The translations under genes were made by a program, and so were the position numbers. This document shows, in pieces, positions 17,160 to 27,666 of a stretch of DNA of 64,000 nt. The notes under the pieces were generated by a model. The model did no database searches and was not told the DNA's origin. It saw only the letters and a list, made by a program, of their open reading frames with translations. Positions within the stretch are counted from its first letter, which is position 1, and every line of letters starts with the position of its first letter. The stretch is from a virus: positions 6,409-70,408 of IMG/VR virus record IMGVR_UViG_3300032083_000683; one strand, 5' to 3'.

Positions 17160-18491
17160 TTACATAAGGTTTGTAACTTTAACTCGTCTGTAATACTTGT
17201 TAGTGTTACCAGTAATACTGATTGCACCCTCGGCTGTTGCAGCAACTGTTCCAGTATGGAATGGGTTAGCAGCAATTCCGTAACGAGTCTTAAATCCAAT
17301 TTTTGGTTGGAAAGTGTGCTCACCAACTGCACGAACCATTTGTAATGGAACATATGGGCAGTAGAACATACCAGCATCGTATGGTGATGTACCTTTGTAA
17401 CCAACAACATAGTATTGTGATGCAGCTACATTTGCAGCATATGGATCAACATATACTTTATATCTACCATTAAGTACACCAGCAAATGTTGTTGTAGTGT
17501 CATCAACATTTAAGTTGTTGTTAAGAGCAGGAGCATAGTCAAGAACACCAGCCATTTGAAGTGCAGATGCAACATCAGCAGAACAAAGGATCATGTTACC
17601 CTTTCCTCTACGAGTTTGTTGACCGATTGCGTTTGCGTCTCTTTCAACTGCGAACATTAAACCCTTGAACTTCTCAACACTCCATCTACCATTAGAATCT
17701 GTGTCAAGGTCAAAGATACCACCAGTTGTTGTATTAGTTTGAGCACCAGCAACAGCTGTTACATAAATGTTTCTAACAACTTCTCTGTTAATTTCTGCAA
17801 GAATTTCAGCAGATAAGATGTTTGCAAGTTCTGTTTCTGCATCTAAACCATGAATTGCTTTTAAGTCTTGAGCAAGTTCCATTGAATATTCTGCTTTAAG
17901 AGCTCTAGTAACTGCTGTTACTGTGTGCTTCTCAATTGAGAAAGCCATCTCAGCGAATACATTAGTAGATGTGTTATCACCTAATGCTTCACCTTGTGCA
18001 GTTGTCATACCAGTTACAGTTTCGTATGTTCCAGCAGATGGGCTGTCATTTAATACAGCAGGGTTAGTTGCAGTATCAGTAACATCACCACCACCAGTTG
18101 TACTAGCTTTGTTCTGGTTAGAGAAATCTGGCATAGACTCGTCAGCAAGTGCTTCAGCACCAGTTTGCGAATTGAATCTTGAACGCATTGCAAAGATAAG
18201 TCCAGTTGGGCCTGTCATTGGTTGCACACCACAAATGTCATATGCAATTAAGTTTGGCATTGATCTTCTAACTAAAGAAATGAGAATCGGATCCCAATTA
18301 TCAACTGAAGATCCAGTTGAGTTAGATGGTGCAGCCTCTGATAGAAATGATCTATCTTCTCTTAAGGCTTTTTCTTGGTTTTCAAGAATTAAAGTAGTAA
18401 CTGCCCTCTTGTAAGAATCGCTGATTTCAGGTAAATCAGGATGTGCAAGGACTGGCTTCCACTTTTCTTGTAGATCTTGTGTTTGATACAT
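17160..18491 (-). CDS. gp23: major capsid protein gp23
   Basis: DPILISLVRRSMPNLIAYDICGVQPMTGPTGLIFAMRS; RALKAEYSMELAQDLKAIHGLDAE; FQPKIGFKTRYG. Confidence 0.98.
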   Translation of the reverse strand: MYQTQDLQEKWKPVLAHPDLPEISDSYKRAVTTLILENQEKALREDRSFLSEAAPSNSTGSSVDNWDPILISLVRRSMPNLIAYDICGVQPMTGPTGLIFAMRSRFNSQTGAEALADESMPDFSNQNKASTTGGGDVTDTATNPAVLNDSPSAGTYETVTGMTTAQGEALGDNTSTNVFAEMAFSIEKHTVTAVTRALKAEYSMELAQDLKAIHGLDAETELANILSAEILAEINREVVRNIYVTAVAGAQTNTTTGGIFDLDTDSNGRWSVEKFKGLMFAVERDANAIGQQTRRGKGNMILCSADVASALQMAGVLDYAPALNNNLNVDDTTTTFAGVLNGRYKVYVDPYAANVAASQYYVVGYKGTSPYDAGMFYCPYVPLQMVRAVGEHTFQPKIGFKTRYGIAANPFHTGTVAATAEGAISITGNTNKYYRRVKVTNLM

Positions 18492-18517
18492 TGTATCTCT
18501 CCTTATTATTTTCTACT

Positions 18518-18525
18518 TATTTATA
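18518..18525 (-). promoter_or_regulatory. T4 late promoter TATAAATA (gp23)
   Basis: Exact consensus; further copies at 19997-20004, 25691-25698, 37033-37040, 47266-47273, 56416-56423, 60113-60120 and 60438-60445 (minus) and 25739-25746 (plus). Confidence 0.8.
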
Positions 18526-18533
18526 ATTTTCTG

Positions 18534-19961
18534 TTACTTTGCACTATTGCCAAACTTACCAATTGCAGACATATATGCCTTCATTGAATCAGTTGTGTCA
18601 ATGTCCTGTGCTAGGCCAGTTTCTACATCATCAATAGTTTCAGTCGGTTCATCTTTTTTTTGCTTTGGGAAGTAGTTTTCTTTTAAAGTACCTAACTTTT
18701 CACGAAAGGATTCTTCATCAGTAAATTCTACATCTTCAATTAGTGACTTAAACTTCTCAATTTCTGTATCAGCCAAATCGTTAGTTTCCTGACGAATGAC
18801 TTGCTCCCTTACTAGACTTCCGTTGTTCTTTTTCAAGTCTACTATTTTCTTAACAGACTCGTTCAACTTACTTTCTAGTTCGGTAATTTTTTCTGATTGT
18901 GCTTCTAACACATCGTATTTCTCATCTGGTATATCAACATAATGGTCTTCAAATAGAGTTTTTAATCCAGAAATGAAGTCCTCTGCAATTTCGCCTTTTA
19001 AGCCTCTTTCAATTGCAAGTTCATTTTCTTTCATCCATTCCTCAACGACATAGTTCAAATAAGTATCAACTTTTTCTGATAAATCTGACTTTGTCTTTTG
19101 GATATTTTCTTCTAACTCAGTTGAATATTCTTGCTCTAAACGAGTAACTTCGTCACGAATTTTAGATTTAACTGCAGCTTCAAATACTGTTGCAGCTTTC
19201 TTCTTAAATTCTTCAGATAAGTCTCCCTCACCATTGATAAGAGCATCAACATGTTCTTTTACATCAACTGATTGAACTCTCTTTTCAATAGCTTCTTCCA
19301 TATCCTTATCATCTTCCTCGTCATCTTCTTCATCACCATGAGCAGCATTGTTTAATCTATCATACATTGCTTTTAACTCGTCTTTCTTTGCATGTTTCAT
19401 CATGTTATTCATTGCAGTCATGTATTCAGTTTTAGTTTTTGGCTCTTTTTCTTCTTTATTGTGTGAAGATTCAGAGATAATTTCCATATCACTTGCCATA
19501 ACTTTTTCTTCAATACCATGCTTGAATTGAACATCATACCACTCAACATGTCCGTCATCATCTGGAATTGCGTGTGACTTTAAGATTGGTTTACCTTTAC
19601 CCCAAATTGGGTGTTCCACGACTGTTGCACAATCATGGTCTTTAGAATGGCATAACTCACGAATTTCTTCGTCTGTATAACCTTCTTTTACTTTTTTCAT
19701 TTTTTCTGGTGCAACTTCACCTTTTTGTGCTTTATCACCACTAACTTCTTTAGAAGCTGCAGCAACTTTTTTAGCAGGTGAATCACCTTGAGTTGGTGAC
19801 ACTACAGCTTTACCTGTATCTTGCATTTCACCATTCTTTTGTTTCTTCATAGGTTCTGCTGGAACAGCAGACTTTTTAGGAGCATCGTGCATGGCTTCGT
19901 CCAACTCAGCAATGACTTCCGCTTCTAATTCCTCAATGGTTTTGTCTAATTCATTCGCCAT
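18534..19961 (-). CDS. gp22: prohead core/scaffold protein gp22
   Basis: LSEEFKKKAATVFEAAV, VDTYLNYVVEEWMKENELAIERGL; lies between gp21 and gp23. Confidence 0.92.
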   Translation of the reverse strand: MANELDKTIEELEAEVIAELDEAMHDAPKKSAVPAEPMKKQKNGEMQDTGKAVVSPTQGDSPAKKVAAASKEVSGDKAQKGEVAPEKMKKVKEGYTDEEIRELCHSKDHDCATVVEHPIWGKGKPILKSHAIPDDDGHVEWYDVQFKHGIEEKVMASDMEIISESSHNKEEKEPKTKTEYMTAMNNMMKHAKKDELKAMYDRLNNAAHGDEEDDEEDDKDMEEAIEKRVQSVDVKEHVDALINGEGDLSEEFKKKAATVFEAAVKSKIRDEVTRLEQEYSTELEENIQKTKSDLSEKVDTYLNYVVEEWMKENELAIERGLKGEIAEDFISGLKTLFEDHYVDIPDEKYDVLEAQSEKITELESKLNESVKKIVDLKKNNGSLVREQVIRQETNDLADTEIEKFKSLIEDVEFTDEESFREKLGTLKENYFPKQKKDEPTETIDDVETGLAQDIDTTDSMKAYMSAIGKFGNSAK

Positions 19962-20006
19962 GGGGATTTCTCCTTGTTTTAAGTTATTTGTTAATTTATT
20001 TATAAA

Positions 20007-20654
20007 TTATAAAAGTTTTAAAAACCTAGCAAACTCCAATGCATCTTGATTTGCTTGCTTGTTTCGGACTTTTTCATTTATTCTTTTTTTCATCTGCATC
20101 AATTCTTCTTCAATTAACGCACCATTGTTCCAAACCCACTCTTTGCCTTCCATAATTCCTTGAACAAATGCGTTTGGAGCAGATGGATCTGCGACAATAT
20201 CAGCTGCAGTCGCAAGATAAAAATCATTCTTTACATAATTCGCACCATTTTTTTGTTCTAAACTACCCATACCTCTTGAAGATACACCTAGTTTTCCACC
20301 AGCATCCATTAAATTTTCTACTATTCTACCCATAGGAGTTTTAAGAATTTTTGCTTCTCCAATAAAGTTTTTTCCGTCTGGTTTTAAAGATGTAATCATA
20401 TGAGATGCACGCTCAAGATTTACAGTTGGGCCATCTGGGTGTCCTAATTCACCAAATGCACGATTTTCATTGACATAATCTTTATTGTATCTATTTACCT
20501 CTTTTTCAAGAACTGGAAATGGATATACTCTACCATTTCTATTCTTTACTTCGGATTGCATAAAGACACCCTTTATTTTATATGTCTTTTCTCCGTTATC
20601 TTTTTCTTCTGTGATGTATTCTACATCTTCTATGTGTTCTGATATTAACTTCAT
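20007..20654 (-). CDS. gp21: prohead protease gp21
   Basis: NRNGRVYP, GELGHP, GVSSRGMGS, DIVADPSAPNA. Confidence 0.95.
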   Translation of the reverse strand: MKLISEHIEDVEYITEEKDNGEKTYKIKGVFMQSEVKNRNGRVYPFPVLEKEVNRYNKDYVNENRAFGELGHPDGPTVNLERASHMITSLKPDGKNFIGEAKILKTPMGRIVENLMDAGGKLGVSSRGMGSLEQKNGANYVKNDFYLATAADIVADPSAPNAFVQGIMEGKEWVWNNGALIEEELMQMKKRINEKVRNKQANQDALEFARFLKLL

Positions 20655-21118
20655 ACTGAGCTTCCTTGTGCGACTTCTTGTATATGAACTCCACCATCAC
20701 TTCCAGCAGTTTCGTTTATGACTGATATAAAGTAAGAGGTTTGTCCGAAATTGTATTGAAGTGCATTACCAACATTACTTGATTCATCAGTTGCATCTTC
20801 CATTGATATAAAAGAACCAGCATCTGAACCTGAACTATCTGTTCCGTCTAATAATGCTTTACCCTCACCATTTCTTATTATTTCCTCTGGAATTACTGTG
20901 ATTGATGAGCTGGCTTTTAAATAAAAACCATTTGTTGCAGTCACAGTTGTTCTATCTGAATTAAGTGTTATTTTAAAAAATACATCATTTCCACCAAATT
21001 CACTTATTCTAAATGAAGAACCTCTTGATAATTTTCCTAATTCTAGTCCATGAGCTGCATCATCACCTAATGTTGAAGCAGTGATTGTGCCTACGAACCT
21101 TACTAATTTTAATGCCAT
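20651..21118 (-). CDS. hypothetical protein in the head operon (probable virion protein)
   Basis: RBS; overlaps the gp21 start; carries an LLDGTDSSGSDAG motif. Confidence 0.65.
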   Translation of the reverse strand: MALKLVRFVGTITASTLGDDAAHGLELGKLSRGSSFRISEFGGNDVFFKITLNSDRTTVTATNGFYLKASSSITVIPEEIIRNGEGKALLDGTDSSGSDAGSFISMEDATDESSNVGNALQYNFGQTSYFISVINETAGSDGGVHIQEVAQGSSV

Positions 21119-21133
21119 GTCTCTATTCCTTAC

Positions 21134-21382
21134 CTAGATTGTTAACATTTCTCGTTCAAAATATTTTAAAAGTTCCTTTTCTGGAACTCTATACTTTTTT
21201 GAGGTTGCAGTTATAGTTTTATCAAAACTATTTAGGAAATCTTGAGGTTTAGAGTCCATTTTTTTAAAAATGTTATCAACAGCCTCTTTCATTTTAGGTG
21301 AAAGTTTTTTATATTCTTTTGATTTTTTATGCTCGTCTTTTTCTACGACTGGAGTATAAAATTCATCAAACTTCTTCGTCAT
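21134..21382 (-). CDS. small prohead-core-region protein (gp68 position)
   Basis: Synteny between the gp67-like gene and gp21; charged and helical. Confidence 0.55.
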   Translation of the reverse strand: MTKKFDEFYTPVVEKDEHKKSKEYKKLSPKMKEAVDNIFKKMDSKPQDFLNSFDKTITATSKKYRVPEKELLKYFEREMLTI

Positions 21383-21542
21383 CTTTCTCTACCTGTGGTG
21401 TTTTGACAAAATTATTTGCGACTTCTCGTCTTTTTAATTCAAGTGCATCACCAACTTTTTGTTGCATTACAGATTTAAATGAAGTTTCTGCACCTAAATT
21501 GTCGTCTTTTGATAATGCGTCTACTATTTCATCTGTGTTCAT
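21366..21542 (-). CDS. prohead core protein gp67-like
   Basis: Hand translation MNTDEIVDALSKDDNLGAETSFKSVMQQKVGDALELKRREVANNF...; ATGA overlap with the portal stop. Confidence 0.7.
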   Translation of the reverse strand: MNTDEIVDALSKDDNLGAETSFKSVMQQKVGDALELKRREVANNFVKTPQVEKDDEEV

Positions 21543-23074
21543 TCTTCATCTCCTTTATCACTATTACCTCTGGTTATACCATCAGTATCATTTACATTAA
21601 TTCCACCATCATCTGGGTCTGAATTAGCTTCTTTATTAATTTCTTTTTGCATATCATCAATTTCCATGTCAGTCATATTTAAAATATTTTTCTGTACCCA
21701 TTTCTTACTAAAGAATGTTCCAACATATGACTCTACTTGTGAAAGTGAATCTAATTGTTCTTTAAGTATCTCTGCTTTCTTTAGCTCTGCAAAATGACCA
21801 TCTTGCATGAAATCATATTGAATATGCTCTTTCATGTTAGACCAATCTTCTAATGTTATAATACCTTTTAAAATTAATTGTGTTTTAAGAACATCAGTAA
21901 AGAGTGGAGTAAATTTCTTTCTTAATCTTTGAACAAACTTTGTAAATTTAAGTTCATCTCTAGTAATCTCTGTTGAACGGCCAAGACTAAAATTGTTCTC
22001 TGCTTCCATACGAGATACTGGAACATTTAATGCACGATAAAGTTTGTTTTGAAAATACTTGATGTCATCTATTTCACCAAGATTAGAACCGCCTGGTAGT
22101 GTAGTAATTTCTGTTCCTCTACCACCCTCTCGTCTTGGCAACCAAAAATCTTCTAGCATAGACATATGACTTCTATCATCTCTTATCTCACCAGTTGATG
22201 CATCATAAACCAACTTATTACGATAACGATTCATTACATCTTTTAGATATTGTTCTGCTTTAATCTTTGGTAAATTACCAACATCAATATAAAATATTCT
22301 TCTTTCTGGAGCTCTTGATATTCTGTATATAACAACAGAATCCTCAATCATTCGTAGTTGATTAACTGGTTTGATTGCTTTGTGAAGATAAGATAAAACA
22401 TTACCTTTGTTTTGATCTACTAAACCAGATGGGCAATATGTAATACTGTCAGGTGATATTCTTATACCCTCTGATGTTCCATAGTTTACAAGACCTTTTT
22501 CATTGTAAAGATAATATTCTTCTACTTTTTTAATTAAGTCAGCACCACTATTAGATTTAGCATCTTTTTGAATACTTCTAACTTTTCTAATTTTACGAGG
22601 ATCAATATATCTTAATTCTTGCACACCAGCTTTAGGATTGTTTTTGTTAATTACTTTATGATAAAATAGTCTACCATCAACATACCATCTACGAAATATG
22701 TCATGTCCTTTTACATCAAAATCAAGAAGTTGTAATACATGATTAAATTCTTCTTGTATTCTTTTTTTAATATTATTAGGATATGGTAATCTATCTAAAA
22801 CAATAGAAACAGACTGGTCTTTTTCATCAGACACAATGCCTTCATTTACAATGTCCTCTATTGCAGAGTCACATTCTGGTTGCTGTGAAATGTCACGATA
22901 TCTGCGAACTAAATCTTGTTCAGTTCTTTCTCTACCATCTGTATTTAAGACTTGCCCAAAAAAACCACCACCAGCAATATCTATCGTTCCGTCATCGCTA
23001 GATGGGGGAGTGAATTTGTCACTCCCCTTTTGGTCTTTTATTCTTTCAAACTTGAATCCAAACAATTCTGCCAT
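21539..23074 (-). CDS. gp20: portal vertex protein gp20
   Basis: RAPERRIFYIDVGNLP, EDFWLPRREGGRGTEITTLPG. Confidence 0.98.
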   Translation of the reverse strand: MAELFGFKFERIKDQKGSDKFTPPSSDDGTIDIAGGGFFGQVLNTDGRERTEQDLVRRYRDISQQPECDSAIEDIVNEGIVSDEKDQSVSIVLDRLPYPNNIKKRIQEEFNHVLQLLDFDVKGHDIFRRWYVDGRLFYHKVINKNNPKAGVQELRYIDPRKIRKVRSIQKDAKSNSGADLIKKVEEYYLYNEKGLVNYGTSEGIRISPDSITYCPSGLVDQNKGNVLSYLHKAIKPVNQLRMIEDSVVIYRISRAPERRIFYIDVGNLPKIKAEQYLKDVMNRYRNKLVYDASTGEIRDDRSHMSMLEDFWLPRREGGRGTEITTLPGGSNLGEIDDIKYFQNKLYRALNVPVSRMEAENNFSLGRSTEITRDELKFTKFVQRLRKKFTPLFTDVLKTQLILKGIITLEDWSNMKEHIQYDFMQDGHFAELKKAEILKEQLDSLSQVESYVGTFFSKKWVQKNILNMTDMEIDDMQKEINKEANSDPDDGGINVNDTDGITRGNSDKGDEE

Positions 23075-23118
23075 TATCTTATATCTCCTAATTCGTACTA
23101 CTATTTAGTAGTGTTAAA

Positions 23119-23652
23119 TTAGAAACTTACACCAGATGGCTCAAAGTGTTGGTATCTCCAAGTAACTTCAAATGTTTCTAACTCAGTTGCTTCTGCACTT
23201 GATAATTCAACTGCTGCAACAGTTAATGGATAACAAGCTCTAAAGATATAAGTTTTTAAAACTGTATCATCTCTATCTAGTTGCTCAACAAATACATCAG
23301 TTTGATAATCAGCAGGAGCAGTAACACCAGTATTATTTGCATAATCATTAATACCATTCTGCCATCTTTCCATTGCGTTTCTTATCATAAAGTCAGTATC
23401 ATTATAGAATGTGGTAGTCCAAGTTTCAGGAGCTGGCCTATCACCAGAAACATAAATGTTTCTTCCTCTAAATGGAACTGCAATCTCACCTAATGTTGAT
23501 GCAGGCAATTGTGATGCTGTGCAAAGAAAAGAAGTTCTACGAACATCAAGTCCTATTGCAATACCTGATGGTGGAGTAATTGTCACTCTAAATTGATTGG
23601 CTCTTGCACCACCACCGATTAAGTTTGCTTTAAAATCGTCTATATTTGCCAT
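23119..23652 (-). CDS. gp19: tail tube protein gp19
   Basis: GGGARANQF, VPFRGR..SGDR, W..TFYND.DF.IR. Confidence 0.95.
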   Translation of the reverse strand: MANIDDFKANLIGGGARANQFRVTITPPSGIAIGLDVRRTSFLCTASQLPASTLGEIAVPFRGRNIYVSGDRPAPETWTTTFYNDTDFMIRNAMERWQNGINDYANNTGVTAPADYQTDVFVEQLDRDDTVLKTYIFRACYPLTVAAVELSSAEATELETFEVTWRYQHFEPSGVSF

Positions 23653-23654
23653 GA

Positions 23655-25658
23655 TTAACCTCCTACCTCAGAAAATGCAACTCCAGTTCTTGTTGCAATG
23701 AAGTTAAGTGATATAAAGTTAATTGAACGAGCAGGTTTGACAAAAATATCTGCAACAAACTCATTTCTGTCTATGACTTCACCAGTATTATTGGTTGCAT
23801 CACATTTCACAGAAAAATCTTGTATACCTCGTCTACCTTGAACATCTCTTAAGAAAGGTTCAACTAAGTTTCTAAACTGTGCTCTTGTAAACTCATCATT
23901 GAACTCAAAGAGTTGGAACTTAGCCGCAGTTGCAATTGCCTTTTCAAGAACCAAGAATAATCTTCTAACATTGATTCTATCAAACGCACTTGGTTTTGCA
24001 AGTGCAGTTTTATCACCAAAGAGTGTTACACCTTGGCCTGGAAAGTTAACAACAGGGTTAACTCTTGCACGATAAAGAACATCTCTGTTTGCTTTAGTTG
24101 GATTGTATGATAGTTTGATTGCGTTTCTAACTCTACCACGATTAAAACCAGCTGGAGAGAACCATGCGTCTTGAACTAAATCAGTATTTGCACAAAGTCC
24201 AGCAGTATCACCATTCAATGGTACGAATCTAAACACATCATTATACTTATCAAATTGATACTTATATCCACTATCAAACACTACATAAGAAGATGATGGA
24301 CATAAATCAAATGCAGTTTTAACATTTTCTGTTGCAGTTACATTTGAAGTAACACCTACTGTTGCAGAGCGATAAGGTGAAACAAATGCAACACAATCTT
24401 TTCTTGTTTCTACAAGTGCAGTTAACATTGTTACATGAGTATCTTGTGATGAACTAGTATCAGCTGCACCTCCACCTTTACCACCAAGAATTAAATTAAC
24501 ATCTTCTGATTCAGTATCTTCAAACTTATCATATGCAAGTTCTAATTCACCAGCTGTCACTGCGTAATCGTCAGTACCACCTGATAATGAATCTATGGTA
24601 ATTGTATCAACATCTGTATATGTACTTGTTGTGTCAGTTCCCCAATTAGTACCAGCAGATATGTGGTCAGTCCAGTAAATAAATTCTGATTGTCTGAAAA
24701 TAACATCTGCATAGTAAATAGAATCACCTTGTGGTGATTTTGCATTTGGATTCTTTGACATACGAGCAAATGTTTCTATAACTGCTTCTGTTCTTTTTCC
24801 ATTTGCTTGAAAATCTGCACCAGTAATATCGCCTGTTGTATCATAAACAACAACATGCATTTCATCGTTAGAACCACGAGCTTGATCTGTTGCGTATTGT
24901 GATGTGCCTGGAGCACCATCAAATAAATCGTAAAACTCCCATCTTCTCTTGATGTAAGAATTATCTGGAACTATATTTTGTAATCCAGCACCATTTGGAT
25001 CGTCTTTTAATTTAATTGTTAATACATTTGTGCTAGTGTTAATTGCAGTTACTTGATATTCATTTCGGTCATCTACTGGTGTTGCAGCTGCAGAGTCAGA
25101 GTAGAAAGAGATTAAATCTCCAACATTAAATGTTTCACCAGATGCATCAACATCGTCTACTGCAATTTCAGTAGCACCAACTGCATCTTCACCTACTGTT
25201 AAAACACTACCTGATGTAATTTGTTCGTATGCATCTGCTTCTGCACAAATTTGAACACCTATTGAATTACCCCATGTTCCAGCTGACCTTGCAGCCCATT
25301 CTCCATGTGAGCCTTGTCCAGTTGAAAAACTTGCAAGATAATGATCGTCATCACGAATGAGAATACCAGAGTTTGCACCAGCATTTAAAATTCCTGATTC
25401 TACACGAACAACTTTAAGTGAATCTGTGTATGATAGAAAACTAGATGCTGTAAACCAGTTTTCAAACTGATTACTATCTGTTTTTGGTTTACCAAATATT
25501 TTTACTAATTCTTCTTCTGAGGTAATATTTACCACAGTAGAAACTGGCCCTTTCTCAAAGGCTGAGGCAATTGCACCTATTGAAGTTGCAACTGCTGGTA
25601 CGACATTCGTTAAATCTATTTCTTTAACTTGAACGCCAGGAGAAACTAAAAATGCCAT
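23655..25658 (-). CDS. gp18: tail sheath protein gp18
   Basis: SPGVQVKEIDLT, WFSPAG..RG, FDRINVRRLF, KPARSINFI. Confidence 0.97.
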   Translation of the reverse strand: MAFLVSPGVQVKEIDLTNVVPAVATSIGAIASAFEKGPVSTVVNITSEEELVKIFGKPKTDSNQFENWFTASSFLSYTDSLKVVRVESGILNAGANSGILIRDDDHYLASFSTGQGSHGEWAARSAGTWGNSIGVQICAEADAYEQITSGSVLTVGEDAVGATEIAVDDVDASGETFNVGDLISFYSDSAAATPVDDRNEYQVTAINTSTNVLTIKLKDDPNGAGLQNIVPDNSYIKRRWEFYDLFDGAPGTSQYATDQARGSNDEMHVVVYDTTGDITGADFQANGKRTEAVIETFARMSKNPNAKSPQGDSIYYADVIFRQSEFIYWTDHISAGTNWGTDTTSTYTDVDTITIDSLSGGTDDYAVTAGELELAYDKFEDTESEDVNLILGGKGGGAADTSSSQDTHVTMLTALVETRKDCVAFVSPYRSATVGVTSNVTATENVKTAFDLCPSSSYVVFDSGYKYQFDKYNDVFRFVPLNGDTAGLCANTDLVQDAWFSPAGFNRGRVRNAIKLSYNPTKANRDVLYRARVNPVVNFPGQGVTLFGDKTALAKPSAFDRINVRRLFLVLEKAIATAAKFQLFEFNDEFTRAQFRNLVEPFLRDVQGRRGIQDFSVKCDATNNTGEVIDRNEFVADIFVKPARSINFISLNFIATRTGVAFSEVGG

Positions 25659-25745
25659 GACTTTACTCCCTATAAATTATTATTTTTAAATATTTATAAA
25701 AAATCACTTTCTAATATAATTCATTTATAATCAAAAGTTATAAAT

Positions 25746-26036
25746 ATGGTTATGAAAACACATTATGAAAAATATAAATCAACAATTAAAAAAGTTGCAA
25801 GACGACACAGATTGTTAAAAGATAAATGGATAACAGATTATCTTATGACTAATTCTTGCTATGTCTGTGGTGAATCTGAACTTATATGCTTACAATTTTA
25901 TCCTGACGATAGAAAAATAAGAGCATTATCTAAAAAGTCTAATGATAAAAAAGATGTAATTAAGTATATAGAAAAAAATAAAATTGTATGTAGAAATTGC
26001 TTTCAAAAATTAGATTCAGATATAATTACCAGTTAG
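25746..26036 (+). CDS. small degenerate HNH-like zinc-finger protein
   Basis: CYVCGE...CLQFYP...VCRNCF; own plus-strand late promoter at 25739-25746; likely start 25752. Confidence 0.6.
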   Translation: MVMKTHYEKYKSTIKKVARRHRLLKDKWITDYLMTNSCYVCGESELICLQFYPDDRKIRALSKKSNDKKDVIKYIEKNKIVCRNCFQKLDSDIITS

Positions 26037-27666
26037 TATCATATTTTCTAACAACAGGCGACCAGCGAGTTCCATATTCATCAGTCATTTGTCCAACATT
26101 ATCGTCCTCTAATCCATCAACAACAAATCCAAATGGAGCCATGTCTTGCTCTAACTGGTCTTGCTGTTCACGATACATTTGTTTTCTAATATCACTATCA
26201 GTTAGTTCTTTAAAGTATGTTTGGTCTGTTGCCCAACCAAATAAGAATAAGCACGCAACTAAATCATCTGTGCAGCCATCGTCTGCTTCAAAAGAACTAC
26301 CTTTAACAATAAATGTAGATAGTTCACTAATTAAATCATAATCTTCCACAATTATTTTACTATCTTCTAGCATTTGTTTTAAATTAGAGCAACCTATTTT
26401 TTTAACTGCTTTTGTAGTTCTAACACCTAGTTGGACTTTTCCACCAGAAAAACCAGTTCCCATAACTTGTCCAGAGCGTCCACGCATAGATGCCATAATT
26501 AAGTTTTCATATTCTAAATCATATTGCAATGCGTTTGCAACTTGCTCACCTATGTCATTTACTTCAACTAAAACAAAAGCTTCATTGTATGCTTTTGCAA
26601 CATGATATATTTTTTGTGGAAATAATAAAGGCTTGATTTCATTATCTCTAAACTTTGCAACGATACGATATGGAACTTGTGAAACATCAAATACAATATA
26701 TGCAGAGTAATCATTTGATGTTCCTCTTGATACATCTGCAACTATTAAATATGTTTTATCTTTTTGTGGATTCTCGTATATGTCAAGTCCAGCATTTGAC
26801 TTTATTGGACTTCTATATGCAAGTGTTTTAAGTTTACTTGGATTAATTAGAGTGTTGATTGAGCCAAGAAACTGACACTCAAACTCAGTGTTAAATTGTG
26901 ATTCTGATGTATTTTTAATTGTTTCTTGCTTCCATTTTTCATCACGGCCAGGCACTTCACTCCAATGCACCTCTATTGGAATATATGAGTTTCTTTTTTC
27001 TTCTGCATCTATCCATAGTTTATAAAACATATTCATACCATGTGGTGTAGATACAATCATTACCTTTGTTGTTTTACCAGATGATATTGTAGGATATACA
27101 GAGCTAAAGAATTGCTCTGCGACATTAGATGGAACATATGCAAACTCGTCTAAGAATATGATGTTATACGAGCCACCACGAACTGCACTTGCAGATGTTG
27201 ATGATGCGAGTATTTTAGAACCATTCTCTAACTCCAGAGAACCTTTATTCCATGACATAACTCCTTGCTGTAACCATTTAGGTAAGTGCTCATATGCAAG
27301 TTGTAATCGTCCTAATAAATCTCTTGCAGTTGCAGCTTTGTTTGCAAGTATTGCTACATTAACTGAGTCATTAAATAACACATAATGCAGTAAATATGAT
27401 ATGATTGTTGTTGATTTACCTGATTGTCTTGGAAGTTTACAAATAGTAAAACGATTACTATGAAATGTTCCAATCATTTCTTTCTGAAAATCGTATAATT
27501 TAAATGGAACTAAACCCTCATCAAGAGAAACAATTTTCACATAATTCTGTATGAAATACATAGGGTCTTTCATACATTGTGCAAATTCTTTTACTTGTTT
27601 TTCTGTCCATTGAACAGAAACATTTGCACGCTTTAAATTGGGATTACCTAGATAATTATTTTCCAT
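26026..27666 (-). CDS. gp17: terminase large subunit gp17
   Basis: YLGNPNLK, PRQSGKST, FLDEFA, STPHG, DVSRG...DYS, DDLV. Confidence 0.97.
   Translation of the reverse strand: MENNYLGNPNLKRANVSVQWTEKQVKEFAQCMKDPMYFIQNYVKIVSLDEGLVPFKLYDFQKEMIGTFHSNRFTICKLPRQSGKSTTIISYLLHYVLFNDSVNVAILANKAATARDLLGRLQLAYEHLPKWLQQGVMSWNKGSLELENGSKILASSTSASAVRGGSYNIIFLDEFAYVPSNVAEQFFSSVYPTISSGKTTKVMIVSTPHGMNMFYKLWIDAEEKRNSYIPIEVHWSEVPGRDEKWKQETIKNTSESQFNTEFECQFLGSINTLINPSKLKTLAYRSPIKSNAGLDIYENPQKDKTYLIVADVSRGTSNDYSAYIVFDVSQVPYRIVAKFRDNEIKPLLFPQKIYHVAKAYNEAFVLVEVNDIGEQVANALQYDLEYENLIMASMRGRSGQVMGTGFSGGKVQLGVRTTKAVKKIGCSNLKQMLEDSKIIVEDYDLISELSTFIVKGSSFEADDGCTDDLVACLFLFGWATDQTYFKELTDSDIRKQMYREQQDQLEQDMAPFGFVVDGLEDDNVGQMTDEYGTRWSPVVRKYDTNW

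Noticed and set aside
17093-17410. Alternative-frame ORF overlapping the 3' end of gp23 (possible frameshift extension)
   Set aside because: No evident slippery site; it runs through the terminator hairpin and has no recognisable domain.
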